From an uncultured Clostridia bacterium (GTDB taxonomy: Bacteria > Bacillota > Clostridia > TANB77 > CAG-508): a stretch of 34,816 nt of DNA. Each line of letters begins with the position of its first letter. The first letter of the stretch is position 1. Shown here one piece after another: positions 19,180-28,807 of the stretch. The notes under the pieces are model-generated. The model made no database searches, had not been told where the DNA came from, and saw nothing but the letters and a program-made list of their open reading frames with translations. The stretch spans positions 1 to 34,816 of the forward strand of contig CALXJL010000001.1 of NCBI GenBank assembly GCA_944388615.1, in the 5' to 3' direction. The position numbers were made by a program, and so were the translations under genes.

Positions 19180-22100
19180 CTATATTTTCTTCTTTACTAT
19201 TTTAATATACATAAAATATATTGCTACTCCCATTAATGCAAGTATAAATATTACTACTCCAGTATAAAGTATCACTCCACCAGTTTTTACTGATAATAAA
19301 ACATCTGCTGCAGATATATCATCTTCTCCTTGAGCTTTATTTCCTGCTACTGAATCTATATCATCTATTCCTAAATCATTATAACTTTCTGCTATTTCTG
19401 CTTTGTTATTTATTAATCCTAGGTTTTCTTCTGTCATTTTCTTGGTTAGTTTTAATCCTATTTCTCTTGTTTCTCCTGGATTTATCACATCATTTGCTAA
19501 ACTAGAATTATATATATTATTATCATCTCCCAAATACCAGTCTTTATTTAGTTCAGAGCTAAATTGTAATTCATCTGGTAAATAATCCACTATTTTCTTA
19601 ACATATCCCGGAACATCTCCCTCATTTGTAATTATTAATGTATATTCAATCACTAAACTAGTTGAATTTAAGTGTTTTCCTATCAATTCTTTTTTTGCTA
19701 ATTTTGTATTTTCATAGTCGTGTGTATTTGTTCCTGTATTATTTTTTACTGTTATTTTTGATACATATTTATCCAGTTTTAAATCAAATACTCTATTTCT
19801 AACTAGTCCTATATCAATATTATATACATTGCTATTATTTATTACTATAGAATCTGTCATTCCTACTTTAGATGCACTTCCATCTAGAGCTGTATCTACA
19901 TATGTTGCATCATTATTTCTTTCCTCTATAACTCCATCTGCTTTATATGCTGTTACACTATATGTATTTGTATCATATATATACATTATATAATATTCTC
20001 CATTAGGTACACCACTAAATGAATAACTTCCATCATTTGCTGTTTGTGTTTCTTTTTCTATATTATTATTTGATTTATTTATTAATTTAGCTTGTATTCC
20101 AGCTAATGGATCTTCATTATCACTTCTTTGTCCATTTCTATCCGCATCTAGCCACGCTAGTCCTGAAATTCTATATGTATTACCGTTTTGTCCACTATTA
20201 TTTCCTCCTGAACTTCCACTTCCGTTATTTGCTGTATTTTCTCTAGTTATTGTGTGTGTTATTGTATTTGTTTGTAATTCTTTATCATCGTACTTAACTT
20301 TAAATACACTGCTTACTTCTTTACTTGTTTCTGCTCCTATATTAGCCACACATTCTACAACAATAATTATTTTATCATTTACTTTAGTTGAAATTGTAGT
20401 ACTATATAGTTTTTGATCTAATATTGATCCATCCATCGATTGTCCATTTTTGTTTATTGTTACTTTTGATATTTCTAATCCATCAGGTATTTCTTTTTCT
20501 ATTGTTATATCTCCATTATATCCATAATTATCTATTGTTAATGTATAACTAACTAAATCCCCTTGGTAAATATTCTTATCTGTTATATTACAAGCTTGAC
20601 TTACAGTTATTACATCTGATAATATTACATTTTTTACTTCGTTTGAAGTAATTTCACTTTTATCTTGAGCTGATAAATTGAATGCATTTTTTATTTCTGT
20701 TTTTTCTCCTGTTGTATCTGCTATTACTTCTAATGCTACTGTTTTTTCTTCTTCACTCTTCATATTTCCTAAATTCCATGTTACTTGATTATTATTTAAT
20801 TCTATTCCTTCTACATTAAATCTATCTCCAACATATGCTTGTGAATATTCGGTTCCTTCTGGAATATTTGCTTTTACCATTACATCTTTTAGCTCTTCTA
20901 ATTGTTCATTTTTTACATTCGCTTCATATAATATAGTTTGTTTATTTCCAACTATAGTTGCTGAACCTGGTTTTGCTTGTAATTGGATTAGTGCATATTG
21001 TTTTTTAACTGTAAATTGTAATTCATTTAAATCTACTGTGCCTAATTTATCTGAATACACTCCTGTATTAATAGTAATATTTTTTGTATAATCTTCGTAA
21101 TTATGCTTATATTGATTATTATGTTTTCCATTAGTATAATGTGATTCATCTTTGCATATATCATCAATATCTAATTCATCTATTCTTCCAAAACATTTAA
21201 ATGTTTTGGTTTCTCCAGATTTTATTATATCTATTTTTTCTCTATAATTTTTGGTAAGTTCTTCTGTATAAAATGGTTCTCCTGTTGCAGTATATAAAGT
21301 TTGTCTTACATGTGTTATTCCTTCTGGGAAATCCACTGTTACTGCAGCATCTTTTATATCTATTTTTCCTATATTTTTTACAGTAACATTAAATTCTATA
21401 ATATCATTTTCTTTAACTTCTGCTCCATTTTCTATATTTGCATTAATGCTTGCTTCTATTTCTGGTCCTTCTCCTGTTGTTAAATTGATTATTGGAGAAA
21501 TAACTCTTTCTGAAATATCGCCTTCTTCTAATATCTTATCATATAAAACTTCATACATTGCTGACGCAGATTTATTATATGTTAATTTTTCTGGTATTTG
21601 CATATCATATGTAAAACTTAAATTATCTCCTGCATTTAATACAATATCTTCATTTACTATTATTAGGTATGATCTTATTTTACTAATATCATTAATTGTA
21701 GTAGTCCACCCATTTTCTGTATTTTCTAAATCTTCTGTAGCTCTAGCGTTTTCACTATAATAAATTACTGCATTATTTGCTTCAATTGCTTTAACCATAT
21801 TCATATCTATATTTGTTCCTAAGTCTTCACCTGTTGATACATTAGTATTTCCTATTCCATATGTTCTTCCTAGTATTTTGATATTTTTTATACTTTCTTC
21901 ATAATTATTTATTACATTAATTCCTGTTGTTGCTGTATATCCATCTTCATTTGTTTCTAATGTAGCTACAAATGTTTCACCACTTATTGCTTCTATTTTT
22001 TGTTCTTCATCACTTGTATAATTATATAATGAATTTACTGCCACAACTCCACCTGGACTAACAAATTTTACATCTGTTGTAGCAATTCCTCTTCCGTCTT

Positions 22101-24246
22101 CTGCAGTACTTTCATATATACTTGTATTTTCATTTGTATAGAACATTTGAATCTGTTCTTCTTTATTTGGTGTTAACTTTCTTGCAGTTATATCTGCTAT
22201 TAATGATATATTTGTTCCTCTTGCAGTTGCATCTAGATTGTATTTTGTTTGTGTTCCTTGTAATAATACTCTTATTACTGTTTTTCCATTCTCAACTATT
22301 TTTTCGGCTGAAACTGGAACTAGTTCATCTTCAAACATTAATTTTGCATCTTTTATATTTATATCCTCAATATATTCTGGTAATACAATGTCTATAGTAG
22401 GATTTGTATATAATGCATCATCTATAGAATTCGTATTTAATATTGCTCTTATTTCTACATTTTCGTTTTTTAATATTGTAGAAAGTCTATCAGTACTTAT
22501 TAATATCTCAGCTTTTGAAACAGGTTCTTTTAATGTTGTTATTCCTTCTAGTGTTTCTTCAGCTATTATATTTTCATTATAAATTGATTGAATTTTTGCT
22601 CTTGTTAGTATTTTGTCAAATGATTTCATTTCTTCTATTGTATATGTGCTTTCAGCTTTAATTGCTTTTTTTACATTTATATCTAATTTACCATTATCTA
22701 TTGGTTTACTTATATATATTTCTATATTATTTAGATTAAAATTTGCTATATTTAATATTAATTCACCATTTTCATTTGGTACAGAAGTATTGTCTATTGT
22801 TGCTAATGCTAATCCATTTTGCATTATAGATATACTTCCTTGCTCTCCTAATATTTTGTCAAATCCTTCTTTACTAACTCTTATTTCTTTATTATATATG
22901 TAATTTTCTCCTGATACATTTGAATCTGTTATTTTATTATTAATATCTGAAAATTTATCTGTTTCTTGTGTTAAAATAATTCTATCTGTTAAATTCGCAT
23001 AACCTATATCTACACTATATGAAACATCATACTCTGTTTCTAATTTTCCTTCATTCTTTTTATAATTTGAATAAATTAGCCCTTTACTAATTTCTCCAGA
23101 AGTAGTTATTCCCAATGTTACCATATCCCCAGTTGTTTCGGTAATAGTTAATGGTGTTTCTATTTCTGCCTTTATTTCTGAAGCTATATTGTTTATTACA
23201 TTTATTGTTCCTGTTACTTTTATAGATGATTCTATTGTAGTCATATCTATTTGTTCATTATTTAATGATTTCAAAATATATGTAACTATATATTCATCAT
23301 TTCCTTCTCTTTTCCATACTAATTCATTATTTTCATTTACATTATTTGTTGTAGTTATTTCTATTTTTTCAGTTTCAGAATCATATTTCCAGTTTTCTCC
23401 ATTAAAACTATATCCTTTTTCATCTCCATTAGTTGCTATTATACTGTTTGCTGTAACTAAAACTTTATCTATTGTAATGCCATCTATTTTAGGAACATCT
23501 ATCTGGATATTTGTTTTTTCAATTGGTAGTACATTTCCAATTAATCCAGATTTTATAACTGTTTCTAGCATCACTCCTTTTTCTCCATTTATATCATATG
23601 GTATTGCTTTAGAAATACTTTGTTCTAATAGCATTTCTGGTGAACTACTCCATTTTAATTCAAATTTTATTTCAGATTCTACTTTCTTTTCATCTCCCTT
23701 TTCATTAACATATATTGCTGAAAATTTTGCAACATTTATTTTTTCAAAGTCTTGAATAGATACATTTTCTTTTGAATTAAATATGAATGGTATTTTTAGT
23801 TCAATATTATTTACTTTATTTATTTGATTTATAATAATACTATTGTCTTTTGAATTTATTTCTTGTAAGTATTCATCATAAATCTCTATTTCTTCTTCAG
23901 TTAAAATTTGCTCGTCTACTTCTTGCACTTGCATGTTTGATATTCCGCCATCTTCAGATACTAATTGTACTTTTGAATCTTTTAAATATCCTTTTCCTTT
24001 TACATTGATATTTAAATAGATATTTGCACTTTTTCCTATATCCATGATTGCAGAATGACTCTTTTCTGTATCATTTTTAAAGTAGGTATCAAATTCTATG
24101 TCGTTATTATTGGTTTTTATCTTTTGATTTTCTAGATCACTTGCTGCATATGTCGTGTTCATATTTATTCCAATAATTGAAAATTGGGCCACAACAATTA
24201 TTATTGCAAGTATTGATGCAGTTAGTTTCTTCATTTTCTTTAACAT
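19180..24246 (-). CDS. Giant (1688 aa) secreted surface protein with DUF11-like repeats, an SdrD-B/Cna-B-like domain and a C-terminal sorting-signal-like anchor (SVKTG + TM + KKK)
   Basis: Signal peptide MLKKMKKLTASILAIIIVVAQFSIIGINMNTTYA|AS. Three DUF11-like units: FNVTVKNIGKIDIKDAAVTVDFPEGI, ANVKNEQLEELKDVMVKANIPEGT, YTLTIDNYGYNGDITIEKEIPDGL. SdrD-B-like: ISGLAWLDADRNGQRS...NDGSYSFSGVPNGEYYIMY. Tail ...LLSVKTGGVILYTGVVIFILALMGVAIYFMYIKIVKKKI. SD AGGAGG 9 nt before the ATG. Confidence 0.85.
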   Translation of the reverse strand: MLKKMKKLTASILAIIIVVAQFSIIGINMNTTYAASDLENQKIKTNNNDIEFDTYFKNDTEKSHSAIMDIGKSANIYLNINVKGKGYLKDSKVQLVSEDGGISNMQVQEVDEQILTEEEIEIYDEYLQEINSKDNSIIINQINKVNNIELKIPFIFNSKENVSIQDFEKINVAKFSAIYVNEKGDEKKVESEIKFELKWSSSPEMLLEQSISKAIPYDINGEKGVMLETVIKSGLIGNVLPIEKTNIQIDVPKIDGITIDKVLVTANSIIATNGDEKGYSFNGENWKYDSETEKIEITTTNNVNENNELVWKREGNDEYIVTYILKSLNNEQIDMTTIESSIKVTGTINVINNIASEIKAEIETPLTITETTGDMVTLGITTSGEISKGLIYSNYKKNEGKLETEYDVSYSVDIGYANLTDRIILTQETDKFSDINNKITDSNVSGENYIYNKEIRVSKEGFDKILGEQGSISIMQNGLALATIDNTSVPNENGELILNIANFNLNNIEIYISKPIDNGKLDINVKKAIKAESTYTIEEMKSFDKILTRAKIQSIYNENIIAEETLEGITTLKEPVSKAEILISTDRLSTILKNENVEIRAILNTNSIDDALYTNPTIDIVLPEYIEDINIKDAKLMFEDELVPVSAEKIVENGKTVIRVLLQGTQTKYNLDATARGTNISLIADITARKLTPNKEEQIQMFYTNENTSIYESTAEDGRGIATTDVKFVSPGGVVAVNSLYNYTSDEEQKIEAISGETFVATLETNEDGYTATTGINVINNYEESIKNIKILGRTYGIGNTNVSTGEDLGTNIDMNMVKAIEANNAVIYYSENARATEDLENTENGWTTTINDISKIRSYLIIVNEDIVLNAGDNLSFTYDMQIPEKLTYNKSASAMYEVLYDKILEEGDISERVISPIINLTTGEGPEIEASINANIENGAEVKENDIIEFNVTVKNIGKIDIKDAAVTVDFPEGITHVRQTLYTATGEPFYTEELTKNYREKIDIIKSGETKTFKCFGRIDELDIDDICKDESHYTNGKHNNQYKHNYEDYTKNITINTGVYSDKLGTVDLNELQFTVKKQYALIQLQAKPGSATIVGNKQTILYEANVKNEQLEELKDVMVKANIPEGTEYSQAYVGDRFNVEGIELNNNQVTWNLGNMKSEEEKTVALEVIADTTGEKTEIKNAFNLSAQDKSEITSNEVKNVILSDVITVSQACNITDKNIYQGDLVSYTLTIDNYGYNGDITIEKEIPDGLEISKVTINKNGQSMDGSILDQKLYSTTISTKVNDKIIIVVECVANIGAETSKEVSSVFKVKYDDKELQTNTITHTITRENTANNGSGSSGGNNSGQNGNTYRISGLAWLDADRNGQRSDNEDPLAGIQAKLINKSNNNIEKETQTANDGSYSFSGVPNGEYYIMYIYDTNTYSVTAYKADGVIEERNNDATYVDTALDGSASKVGMTDSIVINNSNVYNIDIGLVRNRVFDLKLDKYVSKITVKNNTGTNTHDYENTKLAKKELIGKHLNSTSLVIEYTLIITNEGDVPGYVKKIVDYLPDELQFSSELNKDWYLGDDNNIYNSSLANDVINPGETREIGLKLTKKMTEENLGLINNKAEIAESYNDLGIDDIDSVAGNKAQGEDDISAADVLLSVKTGGVILYTGVVIFILALMGVAIYFMYIKIVKKKI

Positions 24247-24286
24247 AGCAAATTTCCTCCTATTATAATTTTAATCTATCTATATA

Positions 24287-24315
24287 ATTATACACTATTT
24301 TTCCTTATTTTTCAA
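24287..24315 (-). promoter_or_regulatory. Sigma-A-type promoter of the giant surface-protein operon
   Basis: The minus strand reads TTGAAA (complement of 24310-24315)-17 nt-TATAAT (24287-24292), about 40 nt upstream of the ATG at 24246. Confidence 0.6.
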
Positions 24316-24699
24316 TGTTTGTCGATATTTTTTATAACACCTTTTTTGATTTTTAACTTTTTATATTACTCATTTTGGATTTATTGGTATAATTTGAATT
24401 TATATAAAATATATAGTTTTATACTTATATATTATTTTTACATATTAGTAATTTTATTTCAAGCAGGCTAATTACTGATTTTTCTAATTATTATAACTAT
24501 ATGTTTTACTCATTTACGGAAGCTTTTTTTGTCGTTTTATGACATTTATATTAAATTTTTATTACTTTTTCATTACGTGTAACTTTTATTTTTTTCCTTC
24601 ATATAATATTATTAATCTTCATATTAATTATTATATGATATTTAGAGGTTATAGGTTGTCCTCTTTTAAACCTAAATATATGTTATAAGGATGGATTTT

Positions 24700-24867
24700 A
24701 TGAATAATATGGATATGAATTCTTTAATGAATATGCTTTCTAAAATGGATAAAAAACAGTTAGAAGAAGGATTAAAACAGGCTCAGGCTATTTTGAATTC
24801 CAAAAATATGAATAATAATAATTGTTCAAATAATTGTAATAATAGACCTAACAATAATAAGTCTTAA
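24700..24867 (+). CDS. Small (55 aa) Asn/Met-rich hypothetical protein (below the ORF-track cutoff)
   Basis: AAGGA 8 nt upstream of the ATG at 24700. Translation: MNNMDMNSLMNMLSKMDKKQLEEGLKQAQAILNSKNMNNNNCSNNCNNRPNNNKS, stop TAA 24865-24867. Same orientation as, and 48 nt upstream of, the next small gene. Confidence 0.5.
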   Translation: MNNMDMNSLMNMLSKMDKKQLEEGLKQAQAILNSKNMNNNNCSNNCNNRPNNNKS

Positions 24868-24915
24868 TATTTACATAATCTTTTTATGTTTATTTTTTCT
24901 TATAAAGGAGGATAT

Positions 24916-25266
24916 ATGGAAGAATCAAATAATATGAATGATATTATTAATAATTTGCAGAACATGCTTTTAAATAATAATTCAGATGAACAAAGTTCTA
25001 ATTTTAATAATAATGCTTCTGCAGATAATAATAATAATAATAGCAATAATAATTTTAATTTTGATATAAATACAATAATGATGTTAAAAAAAATTATGAA
25101 CGCAATGAATCAAAATTCAAATGATTCACGATCAACATTATTATATTCTTTAAAACCATATTTAAGAAAAGATAAACAAGATAAAATTGATCAATATGTA
25201 CAATTATTAAAACTTGAACAAATACTTAAAGTATTTAATCAGACAAGTGGTGGTGGCACTAATTAA
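24916..25266 (+). CDS. Asn-rich hypothetical protein (116 aa) with low-complexity N-half and conserved-looking helical C-half
   Basis: Track ORF 24886..25266. AAGGAGG at 24905-24911 favours the ATG at 24916. MEESNNMNDIINNLQNML..., an ADNNNNNSNNNFNF tract from (AAT)n, and a C-terminal STLLYSLKPYLRKDKQDKIDQYVQLLKLEQIL. Confidence 0.65.
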   Translation: MEESNNMNDIINNLQNMLLNNNSDEQSSNFNNNASADNNNNNSNNNFNFDINTIMMLKKIMNAMNQNSNDSRSTLLYSLKPYLRKDKQDKIDQYVQLLKLEQILKVFNQTSGGGTN

Positions 25267-25436
25267 TGGATTTTTTTACAAATATAAATCTAGATAATAA
25301 TACTCCATTATTTAATTTTTTTGGGATACCTATATATGTAGATTCAATTCTAATTATATGTATTATTTTAATGCTATTAGATGAAACTGACTGTGATTTA
25401 ACTTTAATTGGTGTATTAATATTACTAATACTATAA
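25266..25436 (+). CDS. Small (56 aa) hydrophobic membrane peptide, translationally coupled (TAATG overlap) to the preceding gene; below the ORF-track cutoff
   Basis: The ATG at 25266-25268 overlaps the TAA of the upstream gene. Translation: MDFFTNINLDNNTPLFNFFGIPIYVDSILIICIILMLLDETDCDLTLIGVLILLIL, stop 25434-25436. A terminator follows directly. Confidence 0.5.
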   Translation: MDFFTNINLDNNTPLFNFFGIPIYVDSILIICIILMLLDETDCDLTLIGVLILLIL

Positions 25437-25471
25437 AAACAGCAAGAATCTACTATATTCTTGCTGTTTTT
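25437..25471. terminator. Bidirectional rho-independent terminator between the small-protein operon (+) and minC (-)
   Basis: AAACAGCAAGAAT (25437-25449) pairs perfectly (13 bp) with ATTCTTGCTGTTT (25457-25469) across a 7-nt loop. A/T runs flank both sides. It abuts both stop codons (25436 and 25473). Confidence 0.85.
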
Positions 25472-25472
25472 A

Positions 25473-26081
25473 CTATTCTACTATTAATTTATTTTCATCA
25501 TCTATATATGCATAATTTTTTCTTTCATTGTTTTCTTTATCCATTTGCTTAACAATATTTGCAATTCGAATTTGTGGACTTTCTATTGAGGCTGCAGAAA
25601 TAATAGCATCTTTATTTCCTTTTGCTCCTGCATGTGCTAGGCCTCTTAAAATTCCAAGTACCACTATATTTTCTCCGGCTATTATTTCTGCTCCACCATT
25701 AACATCACCTAAAACTACTAAACTACCTTCAAATAGTATTTTTTGTCCAGAACGCAATGATCCTCTGTGGAATTTTGTTTGTGATATTGCTATATCTTTA
25801 TGAAATACTCTTTTTATTCCATGTAAACCTAAAATAGTAGGACTATCAAAATCTACTTTTACATCAATTTTTGATTTAATTAATTTTTCAATTTCTTCCA
25901 TTTCATCATTTTTTAATACTTTTCCTACTACCAATATAGGTGTTTTATCTTCTTTATAAAGTTTACTTAACTCAGATAATTTTCTTTTTAATCTATCTAA
26001 TATTTCTTTTTGTTCCAAGCTTTCGTCTATTTTTATTTCTATTAGATTTTTTTTTGTACTTATTGTTATTAATTGTTTCAT
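25473..26081 (-). CDS. minC: Septum site-determining protein MinC
   Basis: 202 aa. C-terminal beta-helix repeats HRGSLRSGQKILFEGSLVVLGDVNGGAEIIAGENIVVLGILRGLAHAGAKGNKDAIISA. Positioned after mreBCD-PBP2, as in Bacillus and Clostridium. Confidence 0.9.
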   Translation of the reverse strand: MKQLITISTKKNLIEIKIDESLEQKEILDRLKRKLSELSKLYKEDKTPILVVGKVLKNDEMEEIEKLIKSKIDVKVDFDSPTILGLHGIKRVFHKDIAISQTKFHRGSLRSGQKILFEGSLVVLGDVNGGAEIIAGENIVVLGILRGLAHAGAKGNKDAIISAASIESPQIRIANIVKQMDKENNERKNYAYIDDENKLIVE

Positions 26082-26109
26082 TATTTAACATCCTTTCTAC
26101 ATAGAATAC

Positions 26110-28221
26110 TTATCTTTGTATTTGTGTTGTTGGTACTGGGGTCATATCTTCTGTAACTATATTTTCTGTTGTATTCATACCAAAATATTCTGCTATTATA
26201 TCTCTTGCCACTTCTGCAGTATAACTACCGTGTCCTCCATTTTCAACTAGTACAACTACTGCTATTTCTGGATTATCGAATGGTGCAAATCCAACAAACC
26301 ATGCATTTGTTACATCTTCACTAACTTGAGCAGATCCTGTTTTTTCTCCAACTTCTATATTAAAGTTTCTAAAAGTTGAATATGCTGTTCCTCCAGATTC
26401 ACTTGTAACTCCTCTCATTCCTTCTAATACTGCTTTAACATTTGCTTCATTAAAAGTTAACTCTTCTGTTTCTTCCTCTTGTATTCCTAATTTTTGATTA
26501 CTATATAATTGTATTTCTTCTTTTGATAACTCTGTTCCATCTGACTTTATTACATTTTTAATAATTGTTACATCTAATTTTTTTCCTCCATTTGCTATCA
26601 TAGATGTATATTTAGCCATTTGTATTGGAGTAAAATTATTATAACTTTGTCCTATTGCTGCAGACAATGTATCTGCACCATAAAATCCGTTTCCATCTTG
26701 TGCAGCTCTTTCTGGTGAAGCTAAATCTCCAGCTTTTTCACTTGGTAATTCTATTCCTGTTTTATGTCCTAATCCTAGATAAGTAGCATATCTATCTAGT
26801 GTTTCAATTCCCATTCTATTACCTACTTCATAGAAAAAGTAATTACATGAATGTTTTATTGCATCAGATACTGCTAAATATCCATGTCCTCTTCTATTGC
26901 TTGTCCATAGCCAACATACAGGATTATATGTTTTTGAATATCTATATACTCCCACATCATTAATTTTTTCATTAATTCCTACATTTCCTGATTCTAGAGC
27001 AGCTATTGCTGTTGCCATTTTAAATGTAGATCCTGGAGCTGCTGCTGCTGATATTGCTCTATTTATTAATGGATTTCCACTACCTTCTGCATTATATTCA
27101 TTCCATTTTTCAACACTTATTCCTCCTACAAATTCTTGAGGTTCAAAGTCCGGATAACTCGCCATTGCTAATACTTCTCCGGTATTTACATTCATTACTA
27201 CAGCTGCTCCTGAATTTGTATCAAAAGATGAACCAAATCCACCATTTCTTATTTTTTCTATATTATTTTCTAGTGCTCTTTCTGTTACCTCTTGTAATTG
27301 TGCATCTATTGTTAATACAATATCTGCTCCAGCTTCCGCTTCTTCTGCTACATATTCATCTGTTATAGTTCCATCAACAGTCATATCAACTTGTTTCGTT
27401 CCTCTTGTTCCTTTTAAATAATCTTCAAACACATATTCTATTCCTGTCTTTCCTATTGTATCATCACTTGTGTATAAATCCTCTTTTCCTGTTATATCAT
27501 CTTGATCTGATAATCTTCCTACTGTACCTAAAATATGTGATGCTAAACTTCCAAATTGATATGTTCTTACTGGCTGCATTGTTATATTTGTTCCTGGAAA
27601 TTCTGAACTTCTTTCTGTTAATTGCGCAACACTAGCGGAAGATATATTTTTAGAGATTTGAACTGCTTTTGTACTACTATATCCATCTTTTTCTATTTTA
27701 TATCTTACTAACATAATTTTTCTTATTTCATTTACATCTGTATTTGTAATTTCATATTTTTCTTTTAATTGATAAAATGCTTGTTCTGCATTTGCATCTT
27801 CATCTACCTTGTATTTTTTCTTCCAATTCTTTAAAGTCGCTTCATCATCTGTATTAAAAGCAAATGGATCTACTGTAATAGGTAAATCATCCACATATGA
27901 ATCTCCATTTGATTCTAATATTTGTATAATTTTAAGTATTGAATCATTTAATACATTGTTCTCTACTTTAGTTTTATATAATTCCAAACCATATCCAACA
28001 TTTACTGTTGCTAGATCTGAACCATTTCTATCTTTTATGTTCCCTCTACTAGCCTCCATTGAGCTTTCTCTTGTTAATCTTGTATTAGATTGCTCTCTGT
28101 ATTCTTTACCATTTACAATCTGGAGGTTAAATAATTGTATTAGTAATATTGCTCCAATTACGTAAACTATAATTGTTGATATATTATATCTTACACGTGG
28201 ATTTACAGGCTTTTTATCCAA
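26110..28221 (-). CDS. mrdA: Penicillin-binding protein 2 (class B elongation transpeptidase)
   Basis: N-terminal TM, dimerisation domain, and transpeptidase motifs SxxK (GSTFKMATA), SxN (KHSCNYF) and KTG (EKTGSAQ). It lies in the mreBCD cluster. Confidence 0.9.
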   Translation of the reverse strand: MDKKPVNPRVRYNISTIIVYVIGAILLIQLFNLQIVNGKEYREQSNTRLTRESSMEASRGNIKDRNGSDLATVNVGYGLELYKTKVENNVLNDSILKIIQILESNGDSYVDDLPITVDPFAFNTDDEATLKNWKKKYKVDEDANAEQAFYQLKEKYEITNTDVNEIRKIMLVRYKIEKDGYSSTKAVQISKNISSASVAQLTERSSEFPGTNITMQPVRTYQFGSLASHILGTVGRLSDQDDITGKEDLYTSDDTIGKTGIEYVFEDYLKGTRGTKQVDMTVDGTITDEYVAEEAEAGADIVLTIDAQLQEVTERALENNIEKIRNGGFGSSFDTNSGAAVVMNVNTGEVLAMASYPDFEPQEFVGGISVEKWNEYNAEGSGNPLINRAISAAAAPGSTFKMATAIAALESGNVGINEKINDVGVYRYSKTYNPVCWLWTSNRRGHGYLAVSDAIKHSCNYFFYEVGNRMGIETLDRYATYLGLGHKTGIELPSEKAGDLASPERAAQDGNGFYGADTLSAAIGQSYNNFTPIQMAKYTSMIANGGKKLDVTIIKNVIKSDGTELSKEEIQLYSNQKLGIQEEETEELTFNEANVKAVLEGMRGVTSESGGTAYSTFRNFNIEVGEKTGSAQVSEDVTNAWFVGFAPFDNPEIAVVVLVENGGHGSYTAEVARDIIAEYFGMNTTENIVTEDMTPVPTTQIQR

Positions 28222-28252
28222 ATTATTACCTCCTTTTTATATCTTTTATTAT

Positions 28253-28786
28253 TTAAAAATATCTTGTTAATATATTTCGTCCTTTTATATTTTCTTCTAT
28301 TCTATATCCTACTTTTTGAAATATTGGATATATTATTATTGTTATAAGTACATTATATATAGTCTCTATAAGTAGGATTCTTGAAAAGATATTTATTTCA
28401 GGTGTAACAGCATAATTTAATATATTAAAAATATACTCACCTATTTCATAAATAATTGTACTTCCTATTACCATTATTATTATTGCAATTCTACTTTCTT
28501 TAGAAAAGTTCTTATCAAAATAACCTCCTAAAAATCCAACTATCCCTAGCATTACTCCAGATATTCCTACTGTCTTTCCTATAACAATATCTATATAAAT
28601 ACCAAATATCATGCCCAGTATTGTTCCAATGTTTTGACCAGCAAATAATCCTATAAATAATGTTAAGATTACTATTAGATTTGGTTTAACACCTGCTATA
28701 GTAAAATTTGAAAAGAAACCAACTTGTAACATGTATATAGCAATAAAAGTTATGAATAACATAATTTGTATTAAAGCTTTTTTCAT
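28253..28786 (-). CDS. mreD: Rod shape-determining protein MreD
   Basis: 177-aa polytopic membrane protein immediately after mreC. The hydrophobic profile and position are typical of MreD. Confidence 0.8.
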   Translation of the reverse strand: MKKALIQIMLFITFIAIYMLQVGFFSNFTIAGVKPNLIVILTLFIGLFAGQNIGTILGMIFGIYIDIVIGKTVGISGVMLGIVGFLGGYFDKNFSKESRIAIIIMVIGSTIIYEIGEYIFNILNYAVTPEINIFSRILLIETIYNVLITIIIYPIFQKVGYRIEENIKGRNILTRYF

Positions 28787-28807
28787 TTTACAAATCTTCC
28801 TTTCATT

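Noticed and set aside
24316-24699. A c-di-GMP or other riboswitch, or an invertible phase-variation switch, controlling the adhesin operon, by analogy with C. difficile surface proteins.
   Set aside because: The adhesin promoter lies only ~40 nt from its ATG, leaving no room for an aptamer. The gap has no GC-rich conserved core resembling known riboswitches. I found no flanking inverted repeats longer than ~7 nt.
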